64,000 nt of DNA, from the NCBI GenBank assembly GCA_051294905.1, contig CM119372.1, forward strand, positions 23,624,001 through 23,688,000, read 5' to 3'. Shown piece after piece: positions 39,701 to 52,812 of the stretch. A program made the position numbers and the translations under genes. The notes under the pieces are model-generated. The model had not been told where the DNA came from. It ran no database searches and saw only the letters and a program-made list of their open reading frames with translations. This stretch comes from Botryllus schlosseri. Taxonomy: Eukaryota. Each line of letters starts with the position of its first letter. Within the stretch, counting starts at the first letter, position 1.

Positions 39701-41559
39701 GTTCAACAAATATGCGATCAAGTCTTACCATTCGATATTAACTTTCGAAGTCGACGTAAGCGGTAATTTGTTGAAGTAACAATATCGACGAGTTCAATAA
39801 TATTCCCCATCGATGCATTCGAATAATCTGTCAGCTGCAAGCTGATTAAAAACTTGATGCCGTTTTGTGGTTAACTCAAGTCAGTGGTCGCGTTTGTGTT
39901 GATTTCAGGAATGATCATGACGTGTTGGCTGGGTAAATTAGTTAATGTGGTTGTAACTATGACCGTAAAGAGTTGCTGACATTCCAATATCTTTTACGCT
40001 GTCATATATGGATTCAATTGTGATAATTTAATTCTCAGTTATTGTTCAGACATTCAAATCTCGTATATTCAAAATATAATAGGTTTATGTCAAATCGCGT
40101 ATATGCACCGATTAGTAAATACTTTGTCTTACAGAATAGTAACGACCTTTACCGTTGAATAAAAATTATCGGTCATATGAATACAACCAGGACGAATTAA
40201 TTCAAGTTTGCGAGTTGTAGTGTTATAATCAAGTAAGTGAAAACTATATTTTTAACACCGGTTAATGTTATGAATAATTCTTTTGAGTATGGTAAGATGT
40301 TAAAATTTCTCTTTGACAAACGGAAAGCCAGATCGTGAATAGAGTTGTAATGTTTCATTACTTGTTTCCAATCAATGTGCCTATAATATCGAAATGGTAC
40401 TTGGAAAGATGGTAGTCATGTTTGTTAATCTATTTCAATTCAGACTATGTTAAAGTCGAGACATTTCATTTTGGATTATCTGAATTTACCTTTAGTACAT
40501 CCCGAAAACGGATTCCGACGCCGCACTATAACATTCTTAATAATACAGGTTCGAGGATTTTCATGATAGAGTTGACAAGTGATAAGATGCGTGTCTGTAT
40601 TAAGAGTTTGATTTCAAGTTGACAAAGACAATAACTGTATAATGCACATACTTGTGATTCTTGATTCTTGTAGAGTTATAGTTGGTATTGATTCTATAGG
40701 TGTGAAAACAGCGGCGCGAATGTGTGAATAATTCAATGTGACTGAAAGTCGGCGTCAGTAATATTCATGTTACGGTCGAATCAAAAGATCACGAAAAGAT
40801 TTCTCAAATTAATTAGAATTGTACCGAATTAACACATTCAGATACGAATCAACTTGAGCTGTGTAGTAAGTTTCATTTCAAGTTGATAAATTGACACATT
40901 GCTTGAATATTCGCATGATTCTTATCATACAACTAAAGCCAACCACGTTCCGAAGTGTCGAACATATAGCGACCACCAGAAAGTGTCAAATTGTTGGTTT
41001 ACGAATCCCCGTCTGCGACGACTCTGTGACAAACTAATTACGGAAATATTACCTTGTGAGCGGGCATGAGGGATCGCTTTGTCTGAAGCATTACCCTGTG
41101 AGTGTCGTAGGATTTTAAAATTATTTCACACCTATTTGAATAAGCGTTCACTTCACAAAGGATTAGGGTTAGAGTAGAAATAAGTGACAATTTGTCGCTA
41201 TTCAAGTTACCGACACTGGCGGTCTGTTATTCGTTACTTATTAAATGTTTGAAATCAAGTTCTATGACAAACTGCTTACGAAAATTTCACCGCGTGAGCG
41301 ATCGATATGCCTGTAACACGGAGCCACGAAAGATGGTTATGTCCGAGACATTATCTTGTCAGCGATCGCGGGGTTTTGCAAACTATTTCACACCTATTTG
41401 AAGTGTTAGTTTGTGAACGCGGCTATTGTTGATATTCGTATCGCCGTCTACGCCGGCACTGTGGTAATCTAATTACCCAAACATTACTATGCGACTGATT
41501 CCTAGATTTAGCAAACTATTTTCACGCCTTTTTTGTTGAAAGTACGACATTCCGCCCGC

Positions 41560-42720
41560 AGCCTATACCCGAAAGTACGAATCACCGCCGCACCCATAAG
41601 AATAACGATATATCGATGTCGCGACTATTTACCATACCTGATACACATTCTACATCGTGCGAGAGATGACTATACCTGAAAGGGCGAATCACGACCGCAG
41701 CCATAAGACACCACACGTTTTCAACACCGTGCGAGAGATACCTATACCCGAAAGGGCGATTCATGACCGCACCCGTAAGAACACATGGCGAGTCACCACA
41801 GATCCCATAAGAATACATGACAGGCGAATCACCGCCACCACCTATAGCAAAAAAGGCGAGTCACGACTAGGGCTGGGCAAAATCGAGTACCTGAGTGATT
41901 CGATTCTGAATCACGTAAAATGCTTCGAGTCGAGTCGAGTAATCGAGTATCACTCATTATGACGTCATAGCAGAATATTATTTGTCAAAGTTCAAATATG
42001 TATGCGACCACAAAGAATATAATGCCTGTTATCCATCATATTAGGGATACTTTGCTATTTTTTTCGACCATACCGATTTCATTGCACTTGGTGACAATAT
42101 TGTGGGATGATCATGACTTCGGAAATGTGCTATTTCCAGTAACGTAACTTTGTACTTCATGTTTCGTATGCTGCGATACGGCCAATCAAGGTTTCAAGGC
42201 TTCAACAGTGAAATTAGCATAAACTCGTTGATCGATGATAAACTCCTCGTTGGTAAATCAACTTTCAGTGGTGAGGAGCGTATAATTTCAGTACTCGAAA
42301 AATCGTCTTTTACTACTCGACTCGAATCATTAAAATTAATACTCGATTCAGATTCGAGTACTCGAATCATTGTGCCCAGCCCTAGTCACGACCACGAGTT
42401 TTCACGGCGAATCACCGCCACGAGCTATACCTGAAAGGGCGAATCGCGGCCGCACCCATAAGACACAATGGCACCGTGCCACCCCCGCCATAAGACGCAA
42501 TAGCCGCATGCCAACTCACCCATAAGACATAAGAGCCGCATGCCAACACGGGATTTCGAAGCCGCGTGCGAGCGATCCCTATACTGAAAAGAGTTACCGT
42601 GCGAGAGGGGCCATAAGACGCAATAGCCGCATGCGAGCGGAAGGGGGGGGGGTCAAAAGGGTGGGGTCATCACCCCGGGTTTTCAGGCAGGTCACCACCC
42701 CGCCCATAAGAGCCCTATGC
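41560..42720. repeat. Right subterminal minisatellite array, interrupted by MITE E
   Basis: Repeated CTATACCCGAAAGGGCGAATCAC.ACCGCACCCATAAGA and CCATAAGACGCAATAGCCGCATG modules, related to the reverse complement of the left array. Confidence 0.8.
41868..42384. mobile_element. hAT MITE (family E) inserted in the right arm
   Basis: TAGGGCTGGGCA / TGCCCAGCCCTA. Perfect TSD gtcacgac. Inverted relative to 9961-10496. Confidence 0.92.
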
Positions 42721-43004
42721 AAAAAACGTTAGTTCGCGACCGATCTACTACACTACTGATGCAAACCGCAGGATATGGCAAGTATGATAAACATTCCATT
42801 TAGTATCAACTATAGGTCCAATGCCCCATTAAGCTTATCCAGTGTAACTTAAAACTCTTATAAGCTCGATAATTTGGATCAGGATGAAGATCTTAGGGAT
42901 AGCAGGCCTAATGATGAAGATTTTGGAATCGAAGATGATTCAGAACGTAGAGTAGTCCGTCAAGACAAGTTTAATGATCTGACATAGGCTTTGGGTCTTG
43001 GAAG

Positions 43005-44766
43005 CAGGGCATGGTATGGTATGGTATGGTATGGAAGTATGGTATGGATCGATATTTTGGTATGGAATATGGAACGATGCAAGTATGGTATGGAATGGAA
43101 GATTTCAATCTATGGTATGGAACGACATTTCCATACTTCCATACTTTGGTATTATATACATTTCATCGTGATCTGTGCAAGCTTCATTGAGCGTACGTTG
43201 TTCGCTGTTCACGGAATACGATCTCTTTTGTTATGTGTGAACTATTGAACGCTGTGTTGGAACAAATACACGCTTATGCCTATGCAACGGTTTTTAGGAG
43301 CACCTGGAATGACATGATTTTGTGATGCAATAATGACAACAGTTGTTGATCCGATATTCTACTGAGTCTACTAGACACGATGTCTCCGAGTGTAGTCTAT
43401 CATGTGACGCAATAATTGGTAATGTAGGCTACTCCAACTACCTCATTCCTTGAGTGACGACAGGTTACCAGCAATCATGCTGTAATGTACTAATAGCTCA
43501 ATGTGATTGATAATTACATTTCTTCTGAAACATTGTCCGCCACATTCACACTATTTACATACTGAGATATCTCATTGGTCATATTTCAAAAGCTCTCGCA
43601 TAGGATTATAGATCAGAGAGTGGGGTAGATATAGTTTGAAATTCTCGCCACGCTAACCTCGACCAAATACTGTACTAATAATCACACAGATCGCTGCAGT
43701 ACTGATTACCTGCAGCTGGGATATTTTGTGTATATTATAAATTATTGTGCGAATATTTACTTCAAACTTGCATGTGCCTCATGCCAATGTATCGGAAATG
43801 CGATGATATTTTTATGGAGGGTCCTAGATAACAATCCGCTGACTATCTCATTTTGCTCGCAGAAGCTGTAGACGTACACGGCACCTCACCACCGTGAACT
43901 AAACCTCACCAAAGGAGACTCTGTAAAACTATTACCCGGAATTAGATTCGCACCATGACTGGTTTAAGCAATAATTACACCCGAAATACCAATAATACAG
44001 GTGCTAGAAAAGGTACTTTACAAGGGTTGTAACTAAGTCACAAGGCTCCAAGTCACAAGTCAATCTCACTTTTATTGTTTTGACCCGAGTCAAGTCGAGT
44101 CATTTTCAATTCACTACCGAGTCAAGTCCGAGTCCAAGTCAGCGAGCAGAGGGTCGAGTCCGAGTCATGGTATTATGACTCGGTTCCGAGTCCAAGTCAT
44201 TGTGTTGATTGCTTAATTTCCTGTTAAAGTATTGTTAAACCCGCCTTTTATACCTCTACTTATGATATAAAATGGTTCGCATTTATAGTATATTAATTTT
44301 CCTCACTTTTAGCAGTTTCTGGTCGCATTGTCAAGTACTAGTACCAATAGACGAAATATCGATAGTGTGGTTACTTAAATATTCTTCGAAATTACAATGA
44401 AATGTCATTCTTGGCCGTCTGAGTCTCGAGTCATATGACTTGGTTCGAGTCATGCGCAATGACTCGAGGCCAAGTCGAGTCAATACACATGTTGACTCAA
44501 GTCGAGTCGAGTCATTTCCGTATTTTGAGAAAATGACTCGAGTCAAGTCGAGTCATCAGAAAATCGTGACTCGAGTCGGACTCGAGTCATTACGACCCTG
44601 TACTATATTTATGATATTGAAGTATTTGAAAGTATGGAATATGTATCAAGTATGGTATGGAACAATGTTGGTATGGTATGGAAAATTGCAAGTATGGTAT
44701 GGAGAGAGTAAGGCAAGTATGGAGTATGGAAAATCCTCGTTCCATAATATACCATACCATGCCCTG
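43005..44766. mobile_element. hAT-type element with (GTATG)n subtermini
   Basis: CAGGGCATGGTATGG / CCATACCATGCCCTG. Perfect TSD cttggaag. Confidence 0.9.
44022..44600. mobile_element. hAT-type MITE with (GAGTC/GACTC)n arrays, nested in 43005-44766
   Basis: AGGGTTGTAAC ... ATTACGACCCTG. Decayed TSD tactttac/tactatat. A similar array occurs at ~25610-25780. Confidence 0.7.
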
Positions 44767-45833
44767 CTTGGAAGAGAAATATTCGGAACTTTTAGCATCC
44801 TTGAGAATTAGAACGGATTACTAAGCAAGTGAGAGAAGATATCTCACTTTTGATCACGAGAAACGGCGTTTTCATCGTCTGGCTACTTTCGGTAGCTTTG
44901 TGTATTGCCGGGATACTGGCATTGGCATTCTACTGTTACCATGGGTTGCTGAATGAGTTAGGAATCCCGATTTACAACTCCAGTGAATGGAACATGTCTG
45001 TTGGTAGCTCAAAAAGGATCATAAGGATCCCAAAGTGTGACATTCTCCAAAACGGCAACGTGTTTAGTGCAGTAACAATTGCGCACAGTTGGTCTTCGTG
45101 AATAATACAGACACATTGAGAATAATACAGAAACATTAAATTGTTGCAATATCACAAGCACGATTGGATCATATGTGTCAGCTTTGAAATATTGTGTGTT
45201 GGTCAGACAATAAGGATGCACATGTAACCCTGATACACATGTGCCACTGCACTGCCATATGTTTATGTCAGACAGCATACATTCAAAAAAGCTAAAATAT
45301 CTAAATAATTTCAAACCTTGGCATAGTCAGCCATGGGCAAGGAGCAAGCATCCCCCAATATCTGAAGATGATGGGGGTAAGATACCTGAGTAGATTGGAG
45401 CTTACATATGTTAGGTGACTATTGCTCGAGTATCAAACGAGACAACCCACATAATTATGAGTTATTTGGACCCTGAAACTCGCAATTTATTTGTTCGGCA
45501 GAAGCAAGATCAGTTTAAATCAAACAAATAAAGCAGTGCAAATGTTTATTTGGAGTCTATTGATTTACTTTCGACTGCTTGTGGTTTTTGAACTGTTTTT
45601 TCTTAAATATATGATAAACACACAACATTAAAAGTAGTACTTATATGTGGGTTATGAGACAATGTGGTGGGTGCCTAACCCAAAAACTTGACGTGATAGA
45701 GAAAAACGAAAGTCATTTTTGAATTCAGCGCCCAAAAGTTAGTCGAAATCAATTGTCTGATCAAAGTCAACAAAAATTGTGTTGACCAGTGTGATTAATT
45801 AACGCTTGCTTAGGGATTGGTGATGCTTTAATC

Positions 45834-46649
45834 CAGTGGTCGGGAACCATTTTTGTCCGAAGAGCCATATTGGCCCTATTTTTTCCATCTCAATCCCCAA
45901 AGAGCCATACATGCCAATCAACTGTTACGTCACTTGGTAGCACTAATTCGAGCTCACTACATGGGATTCCTCGTGTGCGCCTCACCATTGATAACGCAAT
46001 TCATCGTAAGTAGCTTAGAATTTATTAACTGATATTAATCGAATGAGACTATCACACTGATTCCAAAAATCTAATTACTTGTCGACTTCTCAATACTCAA
46101 AGTATGCAGCAGTAACATAACGTTGCGGTATACACGCATACATTTTATCGCCGATACTACATAGAGCTATACTTACCAATCAAGAACGTGGATAGCTATG
46201 GCGCTGTTTGTAATTAGAGTTTGTAACTGTGAATGTCACATCCACAGCAGTTCATTTCACGCAATGTGTATTTGAAAAATGCGTTTTGATATGGGCGTCG
46301 CCATGTCTGCTATGCTCTTTGATTAATCAACGTATCGCACAATTCAAGATTTCGTGTCGGGTACACAGACTTCGCGAGTGATATTGGCCGCTGGCGTGGC
46401 AGTAACCTAAATTTGATGATTTTAAAAAGAGGGAGTTGGAGCCCCTAAACCTAAAGACGGCATTGTCTTTACCTCTCCAATACATGTTTATACTGCCACG
46501 AGAATAATTATTCTGGCCGTGATGAAAATTTACCAACAAGTCGCTGCAATATTGATCATTTCAGAATAAAAAGAAATATTTGGCAAAGAGCCATATCTTA
46601 TACCCAAAAGAGTCATATATGACTCGCGAGCCAAAGGTCCCGACCACTG
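45834..46649. mobile_element. Uninterrupted copy of hAT MITE A
   Basis: CAGTGGTCGGGAACC ... CCCGACCACTG. TSD ctttaatc/ctataatc. Confidence 0.88.
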
Positions 46650-47424
46650 CTATAATCTATCCTGGTCAAACTTTAACATTCAATATTTTATTTCACCATG
46701 TAACAAAATTTTGCAAAAGTTTTAGTTGGCTAAAATTTTTATGTATTGTGTTTTAGTATTCTAATCTAATTACCAAATACCTAAATTTTTCTGAAGTGTC
46801 CCAAATTTTGAAGAAATATCAATTTCTTTAATTTTTTATTTTACTTATAATTGCTCCGTAATAATCACAATAATTCTTTATTGGAGGTAAGAAAACGCCA
46901 ATGAAAAGGTTATTATGAAAAAATGTAGCTTACTCTTGCATCAAGTAACAGTGCAAGCACTCTAAAAATCGTCAGAAGTGGTTTTGTTTGCATGACTTGC
47001 GTCTGTGAAATGAGAAGTGGACCACAAATAACGTCACTTCACAAAATTTTGCAAAATTTTGGTTGAGTAAAAATTTTTTGTATTGTGTTTTACTATTCCA
47101 AACCAATCACTAAAATACAAAAATTTCTTCCGAAGTGTCCCTAGTCTTTGAGAAATGTCAATTTTGTGATTTCTCATTTTACTCAAAATTGCCCTGTAAT
47201 AATACGCATAATTCCTTATTAGACGTACAAATCCACTAACAAAACGAAGGAATATGCACAAATAGTGGCTGCCATAGATTATAAAAGGATGGAAACACTT
47301 CAAAAAAGTTCCGTAGTAGTTTTGTTTGCATGATTTGGGTCTATAGACTGAGAAATCTGCTGGTAATGTGGAATACAATGAAAATCGTTCATGCCCTTTT
47401 CTCGACGAAGGATATCGTTCACTA

Positions 47425-47995
47425 GTTTCAACCTTGGATTCAGAATTTCCGCATTTAATTTAGTGACTCCCGACTAAATCATCAAGTTCGTGTTGATTAG
47501 GAATGTGTGGTTTTGGATTTATATCTATATGGGAGATGTCGAAGTCGTCATCGGAGTCATTTTCTGTATCTTTAAGTCCCGTCGAGTCTTCTGGAGCTTT
47601 TTTGCCTGATAGTTTGGGCAGTGAAAACTTGCAATACGGACCAGGTGCTTAAGAGTAGATGGCACAGAAGGATATTCAATACAAAGTCATTTTTTAGCTA
47701 TTCTGAACCTTGGAATGTCACCCATACAGAAATAACAGTCATCTATAAGGTTTCGAATTTCCCTTCAGTTTCTTTAATAGAAAATGACATTGAATGCCGA
47801 TATCCCCTTAGCCATCCATCCATATTTCATCCGCATGTTTCGCATATTACATGAAATGCCCAGATTTTATCTTTGTCTCCAATCTTCAAGCCAAAGTAAA
47901 GTTAATAAGTATAAAAAACCCTACTTTTATCTGTATTTTGTGCTTAACTTGTTTCAAACTGATATGCAGACCACAGATACATCAAAATCAGCCAA
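47425..47995 (-). pseudogene. Chapaev3 transposase N-terminal zinc-finger (Chapa) region remnant
   Basis: Reads LYFGLKIGDKDKIWAFHVICETC..GWLRGYRHSMSF..DDCYFCMGDI..IEYPSVPST..NQHELDDLV..LNAEILNPRLK. This matches the YFG.KLGDQDK.WAPH..C..C / DCYFC / ELNDLVR motifs. Confidence 0.8.
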
Positions 47996-48194
47996 CAGAC
48001 AGATTACATTTGTGATTTTAACATTAATGATGAGATTATACTCACTAGATGCACAATCAGTGCATTAACAGAACAATACGAAAAGGAATTTGAGATTGCT
48101 TGCTGTAGCTATTACTTACTAACTGAGACTGAGAAGATGATTGTTACTAACAACCAACTATTATGAATCGTATGATGGATCTATGTGACGTCAC

Positions 48195-49478
48195 CAGAGG
48201 TGGTCAGTAACGAAGTACTTCTACTTTTTTGAAGTACTCAAGTAATTTTCCTCTACTTCTGGTACTTACTCGAGTAGATCTGATTTTCGCTACTTCTACT
48301 TCTATTTCGTAATTTTGTGATCTACTTACTTGCTTTTCGCTCTTTTCAGTTTGTCAAGTAGAAGTAGTTCAATCCTCCGATCGGGAAGATAGCTTGAGAA
48401 ATTTAGGGGCTGTTTTCACGGAGTATCAACATTTAATTTTCATAGAAGTTGAGTAAACCCCAGAATTTTCGTCGTGCAGTGGATGCGGAGTAACCACTAT
48501 CATTTCACGAAAGTATCGGTTAGGTAGCAGGTTGGCGTGGTTCCGTTCACACCACATTGTCGCCCTTCGCCCATATAAAATATTTCATCACAGTATATAT
48601 GGCTCATCATAACGTTTGAAACTGATGTTTTGCAATCTAACATTTATTTATCATATCGTAATCTAGCATGTCCATTGTCCATGGCGTGTCCTAATCTTTA
48701 AAACTGGACTCTGACTTTTTTTTTAGTTTTAGAGCTGTTTTAGCATACCAACTTTGAAACTTTCTGGACTAAAGACATGAAATACGTGTTCCGCTTTTAG
48801 AAGTAGTATATTTATATTTTACTTTCAATTCCCACTATCATATACTTTGAGTTCTAATTAATATCAGTTCTTTTGTCTGAATAACATACATGTTGAAGTA
48901 TAAAAGCAAGTGTAGTAATGCCTTCAATTTCCAGAAATAAAGCTACACAATATGGCATTTTTACGGTCCACCATATATTTTATTAATGTTTACTAATCGC
49001 ACAAAGTGTTTACACCGTATCCTATACAGCTTCTCCGTATTGCTCTTCGACTATACTACGGGCCTTACAATATGGGGGAGGGGCCATACCATGGCATTTT
49101 CTAAAACGTGCTGTTCGAGACAACAGATGATTAGTATCGCATTTCCATATCATTACTATGATTTTCATCCCATGATGCGGACGAATGCTTATGCTGTCGA
49201 AAATTGGATACCTCCTGGTATGCATCAATATGAATCAAGCGCGGCACCGTTCCTATAGCTCAATTTGCACCTTTTGACAGTCAATGTGAACGAATTAGGA
49301 TCGTTTTCACAACTACTTACTTACTTGAGTAGATTTAAAGTCAGTCAATTCTACTTCTACTTCAATTAGTTTCAGGTTTCTTATGAAAGAAGTACTTCTA
49401 CTCGTACTTGAGTAGATTTTTTCCTCGCTACTTCTACTTCTACTTGAATAGCTTTCTTGACTACTTTGACTACCTCTG
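48195..49478 (-). mobile_element. Inverted copy of the 1.3-kb CAGAGGTGGTCA hAT MITE
   Basis: TIRs as in 20961-22298. TSD gacgtcac/gacgtcag. Confidence 0.9.
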
Positions 49479-51753
49479 GACGTCAGTATTAATGGGAATT
49501 TCAATGAAGGACCTTGAAAACCATGGTGCGGGCAGTTTAAAAAGACTAAAATGACAATTCTAAACGACGCTTGAGGCAAATATATGCCAGAAACATGTTT
49601 TACTAAGGAATATGGTCTAGGAAATATCAAAAAATCGGCTCAACTTAATTTTTGTTACATGGTATCGTACATAGTCTCGTCGCAGCGAAAACCTACGACA
49701 CAGTTTACACTAGTGCTTCCCAACCGGTGAGTCACGAATATATTTCAGGTTGGTCGCGAAGAAACTGTCATTGTTATAGTTATAGTTACTGATTCAACAT
49801 TTCAAATATTCCGAACATTTTATATTCTCAAGTTTATACGAGTAAATGCACATTTTCCTCCGCCAAATCAAATTGTTCCTGCATCCATAAGCGCCACTAA
49901 CCACGTTTCCGTGCTCACAATAATTAGCACAATTTTGAAGACACTGCTTACACAGATCGGATGGCGAGGAGCATAGATGAGCCATTCTCGTCTGTAATCT
50001 GTTACATGCAGGACCGTAACTCCACACTCATCCGCGTAAGCGGTGTCTTACAAAAAGCCTAGAAGTGAGCCGGCTATAAGGTAGCAGTTATGGAATAAAA
50101 ATGAAGAATATCGGCCTGGTGTAAATGACCATAGTAGTCGACAAACACCATGAATACCTCAAAAAACAAACAAACTCCACATTCCACCCCCCCCAATTGG
50201 TGCATCGAGCTCGAGAGGGCCACAATTAAATCATGAATCAGCATACATTATGAACTATTTATTTGGAGAATTATGAAACTTTTTAACATCGTTAGATTTC
50301 TTGGTTTTGTTGGGGTACCCCTATCCCAAATGAAAAAAAAAACACTCATAATTTATGGAAAGAGACCTTTCGGTGTCGGCCAGTACCGCGCCACAACATA
50401 CCAAGACTTAAGACGGTTCGGCTAACATGCGACTCCGCGAAATGTGCTGCCAAAACATAGACCGCGAGAAAAATTTTGCCGAAAAGGACCATTGACTATA
50501 TAGGCGCCTAATTGGCTGTCGCCAAATATTGCTGCCCTGACAGTCTGACCCAACAGGATAAATGCCACCCGCATAGAAAAATCATTCTCTCTGGGATGAA
50601 ATATCAATTTAGAATCGTGTGCGTCACACGGATTAGTTTGCTTTTTTTAAATTTTGGTCTGTTACTTTCGGGCAATTCCAATACCCTTTGACTATTCAAC
50701 AGACGCTAGGTCACGCAACAAAAACATGCAACAAAGTAAATGAAACAACTGGCCTGGAAGATGTTATTAATAATAATCAATAATTAGATAAGTGCCCGAA
50801 ATTTCCAAAGACACCACCCCTCAGCTCTAATGGTCAATCTGATGACATGGGCTGAAAGAGATCAAAAGGGGTATTTGCAGTTACCAATATCATTGGCCGA
50901 ATGCAATCATGAATTCGGGAAAATGTTCACGATAGGCGAGACCAAATAACTACAACGCACTGACAACATAAAAATTGGCGCCCACGAGCAGTGGTTAAAG
51001 CGTTAGTTGCGAAAGGGGGTCTCGTGGGTCGCCTAATGAAATTCGGATGAAAAGTGGGTTGGTTGGGAAGCAGAAATGAAAAGCAGAAACTGGCGGAGCG
51101 AGTCAAAAATTGTAGCTATATTCTGCGACGCGTTAATTGTATTTCTATATTAAAAAGCAGTGAATTTGATTGTTAATGCATGTTGCTCAGTGGATGTATT
51201 GGTATCAGACAACGAGGAACTAACGGCTAATCGACAGGAAAAAATTATGCTTATTCGCCGTTATAATTCAAAACAATGGTAAACATGATACATTTCAAAC
51301 TCGTTTTTAACCCACAGACACGTTTTTGTTGGCACACTAAATGTATTTAGGATACTACAAAGCTTGTCTCGGTCGCTGCCTATCGAGATGTGTGCAGGTT
51401 CGTGAAATATCTTTCGTTGGTGATGGAAACTGGAGTGCTTCCGAAGTTCTCTTTTCCGAAGCCGAGTGTCTGTCGTCGTGTTTTAGCCATAATACAGACC
51501 TAAATTATACTCCACGGAGACCTGCTAGCCACAAGCTAAAAGGAGGGGTTCGCGCCTGACTCCAGTAAACAAATATTTAGCGCTCCGGTTCTTCTTGGAA
51601 TTTCGGCCGTGGGCCCTCATCTCTTTTTTGTCATGCCCGCCCGTTCATCCTTTAATCATGAGCACTGATAGACTTGTTTTACGAAATAGGGATTTGGAAA
51701 CGTAGATTTGGAAACGTATCACGTAACAATTTGAAACACAGTAACGACAGTAA

Positions 51754-52812
51754 CAGTAACGAAGTATTTCTACTTTTTAGAAGTACTCAAGTAGTTTTCC
51801 GCTTCTTCTGGTACTCACTCAAATAAATCAAATTTCGGCTACTTATAATTCGTAATTTTTGTGATCTACTTACTTACTTCTGGCTATTTGCAGTTTGTCT
51901 AGTAGAAGTAGTTTAATCCTCCAATCAGAAAGGTAGCCTAAGGAATTTCGGGACTGTTTTCACGGAGTGCCAACATCGAAATTTCATAAAAGTTAAGTAA
52001 AACCCAGAATTATCGTCGCGTTTCGCGCACAGTAGATACGGAGTGGCAAATATGTTTCACGAAAGTATCGGTGGATATAATTTAGGTAGCGGGTTGTGTG
52101 ATTCTGTTCACAACGCGTTACGTCCATATGAAATCACAGTAAATATGACTCATCACTACGTTTGAAACTACCATTTTGCAAACTAGCAATTACCTATCAT
52201 ATCGTAATCTAGCAGCCCATGCCGTGTCCTACTCTGGAAAAGTGGACTGTGACTTTTTTTTAGCGTTAGACCTGTTTTAGCAGACCAAGGTTGAAACTTT
52301 CCGGACTCTTTTTAGAAGAGTATTTTTATAATTTCTCTCTCAATTCCCTGTATAATACTTTGAGGTTTAATTAGTTTCAGTTCTTTTGTCTGGAGACAAT
52401 ACATGTTGACGATGTTGCGATCCGCCATATTTTTTATTAACGTATACTAATCGCGCAAAGTGTTAACCACGTATCCGATACAACTGCTCCGTATTGCTCT
52501 TGAAATATGGTGGAGGGCGCATTGCCATGATATTTCCGAAAACGGGATGTTCGAGTAAGCGAAGAATTACTATCGCATTTCCATATCAATACTATCATTT
52601 ACATTCCATGATGCGGACGAATGCTTATTCTGTCGAAAATTGATACCTCCCGCGCGATGCATCAATTCGAATCTAGCTCTCTACACCTTCCGCAGCTCAA
52701 TTTGCAGCTTTTGACAGTCCGTGCGAACGAATTACGACCATTTTCACAACTACTTACTTGAGTAGATTTTAAAGTCAGTCAATTCTACTTCTACTTCAAG
52801 TAGTTTTAGGTC
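51754..52812 (-). mobile_element. Truncated, more diverged copy of the same MITE
   Basis: Colinear with 48205-49380. Both TIR tips are missing. Confidence 0.8.

Larger units (their letters stand above)
29340..42757. mobile_element. Giant palindromic Polinton/Maverick-like (adintovirus-like) non-autonomous element
   Basis: Termini AGTAGTATAGTAGATCG and CGATCTACTACACTACT. Flanking hexamers aacgca/gatgca match at 4/6 (two transitions). A shared subterminal CCCTTTTGACCCCCCCTTCCGCTCG motif is inverted at both ends. Arms 29340-35595 and 36498-42757 are inverted homologues. Confidence 0.75.
42764..45791 (+). pseudogene. Decayed Chapaev3-type (CMC) transposon: transposase remnant plus 3' terminus, interrupted by 43005-44766
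   Basis: Remnants: GYGKYDKHSI*Y..STIGPMPH; QDKFNDLT*ALGLGR..SELLAS; GLLNELGIPIYNSSEWNMSVGSSKR..ILQNGNVFSAVTIAHS; LLQYHKHDWIICV; NLGIVSHGQG..QYLKMM..RY; MLGDYCSSIKRDNP. These correspond to the EWRLFIDSSK/LHNGN, NLGAVSDEQGERFHQD and MADYCW motifs. Terminus ...GTTGACCAGTG at 45791. Confidence 0.8.
46694..49665 (-). mobile_element. Internally deleted Chapaev3-type transposon, interrupted by 48195-49478
   Basis: Inverted termini CACCATGTAACAAAA / TTTTGTTACATGGTA. ~360-bp subterminal duplication (46700/47040). Contains a transposase N-terminal remnant. Confidence 0.65.

Noticed and set aside
50980..51070. tRNA-like A-box (GAGCAGTGGTTAAAGCG)
   Set aside because: No B-box or cloverleaf; at most a decayed SINE head.
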